From Hyaloraphidium curvatum SAG 235-1 (taxonomy: Eukaryota; Fungi; Monoblepharomycota), in assembly GCA_025558095.1 (NCBI GenBank), contig JAIVFI010000021.1, positions 62,001 through 126,000 of the forward strand: a DNA stretch of 64,000 nucleotides, written 5' to 3'. Position numbers and translations under genes: made by a program. Below the pieces are notes generated by a model. It ran no database searches, was not told the DNA's origin, and saw only the letters and a list, made by a program, of their open reading frames with translations. Of the stretch, positions 50,664 to 59,652 are shown piece by piece. Each line of letters begins with the position of its first letter. The first letter of the stretch is position 1.

Positions 50664-52449
50664 TCATGTGCTGGAAGAAGCAACCTTGACGGAGTCTGGT
50701 CCGATGTAGACGTCCATCCCGGGCTTCAGTGCCGCGAACCTCTCGAACATGGATGCATCGTCGGCGCTGTCGATGCGGAGCTCTCGGAGGGCAGGGAAGG
50801 ACCCCGGCAGTGTAAACATGCCCTCGAGAAACACGGTCGTGAACGTGCACCTGCCCGACAATCGCAGCACCGTGAGCTCGGGCAGCTCTGCGATCGCCCG
50901 CCAGTCGTTCGCGTCGATCGGCCCGGAGACGGCAAAGTCGACGCGCAGGGTCTGCACGCGCGGCGCCCAGGAGAGCAAGAAAGGCAGGCCGTCGCAGTCT
51001 TCCGCAAATTACAGCTCGCGGAGGTCCGCCCTGGGGCCCAAGGCCGCAGGATCGGGGAACGGCTGGCCGTCGCTCGGGTCTAGCGAGACCCCGCGCAACA
51101 CGAGGGATTCCAGGCAGGAGCGGACGTTCAGAGCTTGCAGGATGCTGGAAACCCCGTGCGAATCGAAGTACAAGTTCTCCAGGTAGAGGACCTTTGCTGG
51201 AAGCAGGCGCACGAGCTTCAGGAATAACCACGGATCGACGTAAACCCCTTCGCGAAGCCCGAGGGACAGGTGCTCCAGGCTCGCAAGTCCGCGCACAATG
51301 CTCTTTGTCGCCCTTTCCGTGGTCTTCGGATCCAGCAGCATCTGGAGGCGCTTGACCCTGGCCAGGCCCGGCAGGAGGCTGGCGAGGTTGGCCGGCGCTT
51401 TGTAGCTGCCGTCCCGTTCAGGCGGAACGACGCCCAGGTGTTCCAAGGGCCAGGTTCGCATGCTCGCGAGGAGGGCGGGTGCCTCCAGATCCGTGCAACC
51501 GCAGCCGCGAACCACGACGCCCCGACCGTCAGCAGCGGGACGAGTTCCGCGCGTCTGCAGGTGCAAGAGAAGGGCGTCGTGTTCCGGAAGTCCGCCGGGG
51601 GCGCGGCGCGCAGAGGCCGGGGGGAGGGCGCTGGAGGTCAAGCTTGCGCGCACGGAGAAGGAGCGCGACAAGCTCCAACACATTGCGAAGAATTACTTTC
51701 GCGGCGTCGGTGATCCTATCGACCATTCATTGCCCGGCTGGCAAACTCCATAGTGGACTGTATCTTTCGGAAGGCAACATCGGACATCAGTGTGACCAGC
51801 AGGACGATCTTGGTCTCTGGCCCGGCGGGGAAGAGGCGTCCAAACTCCGCCACGAACGGCAGAGCCCCAGGAGGCGGTGCCGTCCTGGACTTGAGCAGGT
51901 CGCGGATCTGCTCGACGGACGCATTGATCCACTCGCTCTCCTGGACGACGCTGTCATTGTAGACGTCCGGCGGAATCGAGTTCCCTGCGGCCGCCCACAG
52001 CCGGTCCGCCTCCTCCGACCCAAGATGCTGCCGCATGACGGCCACGACGTGCCGGTCGATCTTCTGGGCGTAGTTGTCCTGGCCCAGCTGCCTCCGCAGC
52101 GCCGGCCCGTACTCCGACCCGGCCATGTCCACGAGACTGAGTTCGCCGCCGACTTGCCGCCCGCCCGCGTCCCGGACGACGACCGAACACATTAGCTGGG
52201 CCCGCGAGGACGTCGGATTGTTGGGCGTCGCCTTCACAAACCCAAGCAGCAAGCGGACGAGCTCCAGCGTGCGCATCATGTCGCGGAAGGGGCAGGTGCG
52301 CGCGACACGTGGCGTTGCTGGCGTTGCCCGGCGCGACGAAGTGCAGGATGCGGTCCACGATCTCCACGGGCAGGCGCGGTGTGAGACGTCGCGCGGGGGC
52401 TTCCTCCGGTTTGGGAGCGCGACCGTGCTGGCTGTGACGCGGCGGCATG
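50664..52449 (-). pseudogene. Disrupted F-box/LRR gene
   Basis: F-box RLPVEIVDRILHFV..NAT | RAELVPLLTVGASWFAAAVARIWRHP split by a 754-bp insert; frameshift near 51480; in-frame TAA at 51009-51011 within LRRs (LEHLSL, LESLVL, LRELRI). Confidence 0.75.
51716..52280 (-). pseudogene. Partial divergent kinesin motor domain (C-terminal half) inside the F-box pseudogene
   Basis: Switch I-like KATPNNPTSSRAQ, switch II LSLVDMAGSE, ESEWINAS, KIVLLVT, STMEFAS; no P-loop present. Confidence 0.8.
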
Positions 52450-52653
52450 TTGGGAGTGGGGTGGCGGTGCCGCGGGCTCGAGGCCCGGGTCCGGTTGGCG
52501 CGCGAGTTGCGAGGCGCCGACGTCGCACCAAAGACCAGAACCATCGACCACGCGGAGGACCCAAGCCCAATCGGCCAAAAGCCTTTGAAGTACGACCGGA
52601 CGGTCATGACGACAGATTGCTGGCCGCATGAACGCCTTGTCACGGCCCAAATC

Positions 52654-53526
52654 TCAAGGCGGAGACCCGAAGCCGTTGAGCGCCGTCGCCAGCCCAGCGG
52701 GCTCCCCCTCGTACGTCGCATCCCGATACATCTCCCCCAGCACCTCCAAGCATTCCGCAATCGCCCCCCGCGACCCATCCCCCACGTTCGCCGCCGCCAC
52801 CCCGCATCCGGGCACCCCGGGGTTGACGTCGCACTGCCCGTTCCGCCGCATCGAAACCTGCCACGCCTCCGCGCATAGCACGTGTACGTCACTGCGCTCC
52901 GCGATCTCCCGCAGCCGTGCCCGAGTCCTCCCCTGGGTGTCCAGGTCGTCGTAGCCGTACCACATCAGCGCCGCCGCCCCCCGCGCAACGCAGGTGTCGA
53001 ACACGTCCAGGAACGACACGCCGGATGCGTTGGCATCGAAGGGCGTGTACGGGTCGAGGAAAACAAAGTCGCCCGGGCCGATGGACGCGTCGGCGGCGAA
53101 GCACGCGAGCGCGTCGCCGACCACCGTCTCCACGCGGTCCTTTGACAGCCGCAGTTCCTCCCTGGCGAACCGCGCCACGTCCTCCAGCGCATCCGGTTCC
53201 AGATCGTGGAACCGGAACGCCGTGCCCGTGTCGCGCAGCAAGGCCATCGCGAGCCCGGGGGAGCCGAGGTGGCGCCCCGTCTCCCCCGTTCTTTCCCGCT
53301 CCAGCGCCTCCAGGTACGCGTCCCCCCTACCCGGGAACCGTGCCTGCATTTCCAGGAACCGCACGGCGCCGTACCGCACCCGCGGGGCGGCGAGGTCCAG
53401 GGCATGAACCGCGCGCGCCGAGTTGGTTTCGAGGTACCGCCGCGGCGGAGGCTCGCGGGAGAGGACGGCGAGGAGGGGCCAGTGTTTCCAGACGTCGCCG
53501 ATCTCCCCCGCGTGCGCGTACGGCAT
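52654..53526 (-). CDS. RlmJ/YhiR-like SAM-dependent methyltransferase, bacterial type, intronless
   Basis: HAGEIGDVWKH, YLETNSA, LGSPGLA, FHDLEP, FVFLDPY, LMWY match the RlmJ motif order (HAGNFADVxKH, YxDTHAG, YPGSP, LIDPPY, xxWYP). Confidence 0.75.
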   Translation of the reverse strand: MPYAHAGEIGDVWKHWPLLAVLSREPPPRRYLETNSARAVHALDLAAPRVRYGAVRFLEMQARFPGRGDAYLEALERERTGETGRHLGSPGLAMALLRDTGTAFRFHDLEPDALEDVARFAREELRLSKDRVETVVGDALACFAADASIGPGDFVFLDPYTPFDANASGVSFLDVFDTCVARGAAALMWYGYDDLDTQGRTRARLREIAERSDVHVLCAEAWQVSMRRNGQCDVNPGVPGCGVAAANVGDGSRGAIAECLEVLGEMYRDATYEGEPAGLATALNGFGSPP

Positions 53527-54612
53527 CGCGGAGGGGGGCGGATGTGGAGATTGTATGCGGTGGGCCGGTTGCGGAGAGGCCGATCAAGTTGACTTGCATA
53601 CGCTGCGGGGGAGGATGTTGGGGACAAGTCGACGCCGCGGAGGGCGTTCGTGACGCTCTTTACGCTGTGCATCGGGCTGTGGACGGTTCTGAGGGGGTCG
53701 GGGGTGTTTGTGACCCCGGAGAGCGTGTGCCCCGGCGGGAGTTGAGAAGGACGGGTGGACCCCGTGTATGCACGTTGCACCACGGCTACCGGGGCCTCGG
53801 ATGCAATGCGTACATGCATCGACCCCCGATCGCAGATCCGGCCCGGTGCCCGTGCGGTGGCCCAACAGGTGGGGGGCGAGGCGGCCGGCCCGGGGCGGCG
53901 AGACCCAGCAACCAGATCCGGCCCCCTCGCGGTCCCTGCAGCGCCAACATAGTGCCCGGATGGTCCCTGTCCGCCGATGCGCCGATGGGGGGGGGGGGGG
54001 GCATTGGCGCCGGGGGGACGCGCGCCCCCCGTCCCCCAGCCCTTGGACCATCGCCAAAAGCACGTGCTTCCCTGCCCCGCTCCACCCCCCGAGGGCGACC
54101 TCGGCGGCCCCCATCCTGCGTTCCGGTGAGCATTCTCGCCGCGGCGGCGCGGCGTGCGGGGCGCTTTGCGGTCTGCGGCGGTCTGCCGCGGCCTCGAGCG
54201 GTGCCGGCGCACGTCCCCCCACCCGCGCCGTGCGCCGCCGCCGAGGAGCCCGCGGGCACGCGATGCTGACCGTTCCGCCCGCGATGCCGTTTTGCGCGCC
54301 CGTCCGCGCCCCGTCGCCCGCCGAATGGCACTGCAACGCAGGCCGCGCGCCGTCGAACGCCGCGCGGAAAAAGGCCTCCCGCTGACAGAGGCGGCTCGGG
54401 CAGCCGCAGCTTCCCCGCGGCCTGCTTGCAGCGGACGTCGGAGCGAGGAGCCGCGGCGGCCGGTGATTGCCGGCTGCCGTTTGGCGTGCAGCGTCGAATC
54501 ACCGCCTTTCACGTGGGTCTCCCGCTGTGGCGAACTGCGGGCCGAACGGGGGCCGCGGAGCCATCGGCCGCAAGCCGCCGCGCTCAGAGCGATGCGCACG
54601 GACGGCGACGAA

Positions 54613-56629
54613 ATGCAGGGCGCCGCGGCCGGCCCGCCGGGCCCCGCCGCCGCCGCCGCCCGCCCCGCCCCGCCGCTTCCCGCGCTGACCGTCCCGCCCG
54701 CCCTGTCGCTGCTCGCCGCCGTCGCCGCCGACGCCCCGCGCACTCCGTCGCCCGCCCTCCCCCTCGCAGAGCCCCGCAGTCGCTCGCGGACGCCGGGCAG
54801 CGCCCCGAACGCCGCCGCCCCGCATCCCCGGCACTCCGCGAGGCGGGCCACTCCGGGCCCACTGCGCGTGCCGCGGACCCGCTTCGCCTCGGAGCAGCTC
54901 CAGCTCGCCGCCCTCGCCGGCAGCTGGTGCCAGGGACGCGCTTCCCCCACCCCAAACGCTGACACGTGTCGGGGCTTTCCCCCCCAATCGCCCTCCCCAT
55001 CGCCGGCGGCTGCCCCGGAACACGCGTGGCAGCACCGCCGCTCCGTCTCTGAGGACATACCGCCGCCGCGGCCCTTCTTTTCCGAGGATCGCGCCGCCGA
55101 CCTGACCCTCGCGCCTCTGCACCTGGGCACCCTCCTCCCCGCCATGGCCGACCCCGCGGCGCAACCGAGCGCCGAGCACCGGCACAAGCACTCCAACGGG
55201 CACTCGCTGCACGACCTGCCGCCGGAGGACCTCCCGCACAAGCCCGCCAACGGCATGCACCACGCCGACCCCGAGCTCGAGGCCGCCGAGGCGCTGGGCG
55301 GGCTGCGCCACGCCGTGTCGTCGCCCGTCCCCGCGTCGCCGCAGATGGCGCCCGAGGCGATGCCCCCGGCGTCGACGAGCCCCAAGCCGAGCAACGACTT
55401 CATCTCGCGCGTGTCAAACTACCCCGTCGTCAACTCGGGCATCCAGCAGATCAGCAGGATCTACGAGGCCGGCAAGGAGTCGCACGCCATCGTCAAGGTA
55501 CGCCGCTGCGGTGCCGTCGCCCGTCCCGTCTCCCGCTGATTCATCCCCCGCGCCCCGTTCCGCAGTTCGGCGCCGAGACGGTGGAATCCGTCGGCACCAC
55601 CGTCATCAAGAAGCTCGAACCCACCCTCGGCCCCCCCCTCCGCTCCCTGGACCGCTTCGCATCCACCTCCCTGGACCGGCTGGAGCAGTATGTCCCCGGC
55701 TTCCGCTCCGCCTCGGGCTCTCCGCCCCGCGACCCGCTCCCCCCGCCCGCCGAGCCGGAACCGGCACCGGTCCCGCCGCCGAGCCCGGGGCTCGCGCGCG
55801 CCGAGGGCGGCTACGGGGGGACGCAGCCGCTGGTGCAGCGCAAGCCGCGGAGCACGTGGTCGGCCATCGTGACCAACGTGGGGGGGTACGTGGTGAGCGA
55901 GGAGACGATGCGGGGGCTGCGCTATTGTTTGCAGTGGCTCCAGGTGGGTCGTCGCGTGCTGCTGGTCTGGTGCACCGAACTGACCAAGGCGTGATGGGTG
56001 CTGTTTTACAGTACGCCACGCAGCTCATCGACAGCCGCATCCAGCTCCTCCGCTCGTACCTCGCCCGCCTCGTCCCCTCCTCCTCCTCCACCGCCGTCTC
56101 CACCACCACCGGCGAACCCGTGCCCGACGACACGGTGGTCGCCGCCGTACGGCGGGACCTCGTCGAGACGCTGCGCGGGGTGGTGGACGTCGTCGGCAGG
56201 TACGCGGCCGTGGTGCTGCCGACCGAGTCGAGGGAGAACGTGCGGCGTTTTGTGCTTTCGCTTCCCGGACGGTGGGTCTCCCTCGCCGCATCGCGGACCG
56301 AAACGGAAGGGGCTGACGGGCACGGCACGGACAGGTTCTCCAAGCTCTCGGCGGCCGGCCCCGCGCCCGCCCCCGCGGACGACGCGCGCACGGTGCTCGC
56401 GTTCGCTTCCGAGTCGCGCACGGTGTTGGGGGGCGTCGAGAACGTCTTCCGGCAGTCGTTCGAGCGCGCCGAGGGGGTCCTGTCGCGGATCGGGTTTTCC
56501 ACGGCCGGGTGGGGGGAGAGGCCCGAGGGGGAGGGGGGACCGGGAGCGGATGGAGGTGAGGGGGCCGGGGAGGAACAACAAGGGGAAAGGGAGGATGGTG
56601 GGGGGGATGAGATGGAGGTGGACGGGTGA
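54613..56629 (+). CDS. Opi1-family transcriptional regulator, multi-exon
   Basis: AAEALGGLR, FISRVSNYPVVNS..YEAGK..VKFGAETVES, LDRFASTSLDRLE, SEETMRGLRYCLQWLQYAT, VVDVVGRYAAVVLP..VRRFVLSLPGRW; start codon uncertain. Confidence 0.85.
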
Positions 56630-56693
56630 TTGGGAATGCACGGGTTCTTTTTCCGCACACGGGCACGCACGGAACGCAAAACGGCGGGGGTGG

Positions 56694-57715
56694 CTAGTCC
56701 AGGAGGCGCACGCGGTCCCCGCCGACGTTGGCGACGAACTCGCGGATGCCGGCGCCGAAGGCCGGGTCGTCGAGCTCGGCGAGGTCCTCGAGGGAGAAGA
56801 CGAGGGCTGCCGGGGGGTCAGCACCGAACGGAGGAGGGAACAGGGCGAGGGACATACCGCCACCAAGCCTGCGGTCCGAGCGGCGCGGGGAGCGTCCCGT
56901 TTCGGGTGCGGGTTCCTTGCCCTTGCCCTTTGCCTTGTCCTTCTGCTTGCCCCTGCGCGCGCGGGGGGATTCCTCCTCCTCCTCCGGCACGGGTTCGGGG
57001 ACGGGATCGTCCTGTTCCACGGCCTCGACCTCGATCGCCTCCAGCACCACGACCCGGGGTTCGGGGGCGGGCGAGGGCTCGGTGATGAAGGCGTCCCAGT
57101 CGGGCCTGCGCTTCTCGCGCCGTGGGGGCGAGGCGGAGGGTTGGGTGCCGGCCGGGGCGGAGGCTTGCGGGGGCCGATGCCGTTCCTGCGACGCCGCGGG
57201 TTGCCCCGGCTCCGCGCGCTGGCTCTGGCTCGCCTGCGTCGCGAGCAGCGCCTCCCTCCAGTCCCTCTCCGCCTCGGGATCCCAGTCCGTCACCCGCGAC
57301 CCCGCGTGCCGCACTTCGCCCGCGGCTCCGGGCTCCCCGGGGCGGTCCTGCACGGGCGGCGGGCGCGGGGGCTGCGGGCCGGCGGCGGGGTGCGGGAGGA
57401 GGTACGCGTAGGCTGGCTGCAGTGCGCGGCGGCGGACGGAGTCGCTGACGAAGGCGGGGGAGAGCGCGGCGCGGTCGTTCTCCAGAAGCCTGGGTGGGGC
57501 GGTCAGAGCTCGGGGAGGCGGCAAACGAGGGGGGAGCAGGCGTACTCCAGGGCATTCCGGTCCTCGGCGTCCGCCGTTATGAAGTAGTCGGCTCGGTCCC
57601 GCGACTTGACGGGGAGCACCGTGCCGCCGTTGTCCCGGAAGGCCTGCTTCCAGTAAGCGTCGACCGACGCCGAAAAGGCCGCCGAGAGGCCGTCGAAGAG
57701 GGCGGCGGGGGGCAT
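56694..57715 (-). CDS. TERB2-like protein (N-terminal BRCT-like domain, disordered middle, C-terminal MAJIN-binding-like motif)
   Basis: LFDGLSAAFSASVDAYWKQAFRDNGGTV..RADYFITADAED..ALSPAFVSDSV..AYLLP; intron 57545-57490; C-terminus VFSLEDL..IREFVANVGG. Confidence 0.6.
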
Positions 57716-58291
57716 TTCGTCGGAGGTTGCGCAGCCGGGACCGTCGTCCCGGGAGCTCCCAGCGACTTTCGGGGCAGATCTCTGGCCTACTTTGTCTCGC
57801 TCAGCAGCACTCGACAGGCGAGCTGGCAAAATCGACGCTGAATGTTGCTACATGTTGCATAGATCTAGATCACTCGTCGACCGTGTGCACTACGTCGTTG
57901 CCGTCCGGGACCCACAAGCCAGCGACCTCCTGGCCTTCAAGTTCGACCACCTCCGCCTCGTGCTCGAACGTCTGCTCGGCATATGGTTGCTCCGCAGCGT
58001 TCATTCCATCTTCGAAATTCTTCGCCCCCCTCGACAGCGCTGAGTTCGACGCCTCGGCAACCAATTCGATCTTTCCGCGACAGGAGCACCTCGTTCTTCT
58101 TCACAGGCGGATGATATACAGGCCCTAAACTAGGTACTACCTCACGTCTCTAGGGAATATTCAATTATCTCTTGGCTCAAGCTCAGGGGCAATGTTTGAT
58201 GCGAGGTCACACGTGCCTCGGGCGTGTGGGGTGTCTGGACGGTCAAACGCAAAAAACGCTGGACCTGGACACGTATCGTCGGAATCCGGCA

Positions 58292-58642
58292 GGGCGAGTT
58301 CGGACAGCTGTGTCGGCTCAACTCCACTCTGCTTCGCCAAGTCCACTTCTCCGAATAGACTTCCGTTCGGGCACTGTACTTCAAGTCTACTTCGCAAAAA
58401 AGTTCCCGAACAGCTAGTGAAATATACTTCCGGCGACAAACATGTCACTCCATTTGCTGCAAGAGTACGGGTGAGCTCCACTTCAGTTCCCCAAGCACGT
58501 TCAGCTGTGTTCGCCCAAGCACGTTCAGCTGTGTTCGGGACACTTTTTGAGGTGCACTCTACTCTACTCTACTACACCCCGCAGCGGAGTTGAGTTTTTG
58601 GCGAGATAGAGTTGCAACGAAAACGAGTGTCCGAACTCGCCC
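58292..58642. mobile_element. Non-autonomous TIR element (MITE), PIF/Harbinger (Tourist)-like
   Basis: 15-bp perfect TIR GGGCGAGTTCGGACA / TGTCCGAACTCGCCC with imperfect extension; 3-bp TSD GCA (58289-58291, 58643-58645); AT-richer than flanks. Confidence 0.8.
58490..58537. repeat. Perfect 24-bp tandem duplication inside the MITE
   Basis: CCCAAGCACGTTCAGCTGTGTTCG twice. Confidence 0.9.
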
Positions 58643-58890
58643 GCAGATATCGTAGGAATCGTTGTATATCGCTCCTCGCGGCACGTTTACTTAGGGCTCC
58701 GCTGCGCGGCCATTTCCGGGAAAACCATCCGGCCGGCTCTAGCTAGCTATAGACCACATCTAGCGAGTGACGCAATTTTGGGGAGAGTTTACGAAGATAG
58801 GCGCGCGTGCGGGCGCCGGCCTTCTGGCGATCGGTTTTGTCTCCCGCGGGCCCTCCCTCCATTACCCCTTGTCCTCCGGGCGAGGAAGCC

Positions 58891-59652
58891 ATGGACGGCG
58901 ACATCGTCGCGCTCGAAGACGTCTAGAAGATCCTCTTGAGCACGGATGCTTGCGTCCCGGGGTACAAGGCGCTGGTGATGACGGCGTTCATCAACCTCCG
59001 CACCCTGGAGCGGGAACAGGAGCTGCTCCGGCGCGAGGACGACGGCGGAGATCCCGATCACCGCGCGTCGTCGATCGGACGCGGAGGAGGAGATTGCTGC
59101 CGCGAGGAAGAAGAAGCAGGTACTGGTGCGCAAGGCCTTCGACGTCGGCGAGGCACACGCGTACATGGATATATTGAGGGAGGTTCTGCTTCTGGAACAG
59201 CCGATCAAGCTCGAGAGCGTGGTCCTGGTGAGGCATCTCTAGATCCACGTGATGTCGGGGAGGATGGGCCAACCCGGCACCGCACCTTCAAAGCCACGCT
59301 CGAGTTCTTGAGCTCCAAGTTCCGGAATTCTTGAGCTCCAAGTTCCGGAAGGCCAAGGACAAGGCGGCGTTCATGTTCAAGAACAACACGTGAGACTGGC
59401 GCACTGTATTGTGAGCAGGAACTCATCCCGCGCATTCCACGCTCGCACAGGCGCGACACATACTTTGTGCCGCGCAACCTCCGCGAGCGGTACGTGGCGT
59501 ACCTCGTCGGCAAGGTCGACGGGGTCGCCGAGGCGCAGAGGGAGGCCAAGCGCATGTTTGCCGGCCGCGCCGTCAAGTCAGGAGGCGTCGCCAACGTCGC
59601 GAGTAAGAAGAACAGGGAACGAGTTCGGACCCGCCCTCATATCCACGCATGA
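58891..59652 (+). pseudogene. Decayed intronless ORF of unknown origin
   Basis: Coding-like segments (AFINLRTLEREQELL; YMDILREVLLLEQPIKLESVVL; TYFVPRNLRERYVAYL) broken by TAG stops and frameshifts. Confidence 0.55.
59305..59350. repeat. Perfect 23-bp tandem duplication causing a frameshift
   Basis: TTCTTGAGCTCCAAGTTCCGGAA twice. Confidence 0.92.

Noticed and set aside
51009-51011. In-frame TAA as stop-codon recoding
   Set aside because: Other genes here end normally at TAA (e.g. ADH), and the same locus has further lesions, so pseudogenisation is the simpler explanation.
53987-54001. G15 homopolymer / possible G-quadruplex
   Set aside because: A simple homopolymer in a GC-rich intergenic region with no evidence of function; its length may be a sequencing artefact.
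52965-55403. 812-aa - strand ORF
   Set aside because: GC-driven open frame, antisense to Opi1 and out of frame with the RlmJ-like gene; no protein-like composition.
57792-58130. Short coding-looking frames on both strands upstream of the TERB2-like gene
   Set aside because: No recognisable motif, start or splice structure; strand cannot be decided.
58490-59350. 23-24-bp direct repeats as CRISPR-like
   Set aside because: Only adjacent two-copy duplications, no spacers, no cas genes, eukaryotic context.
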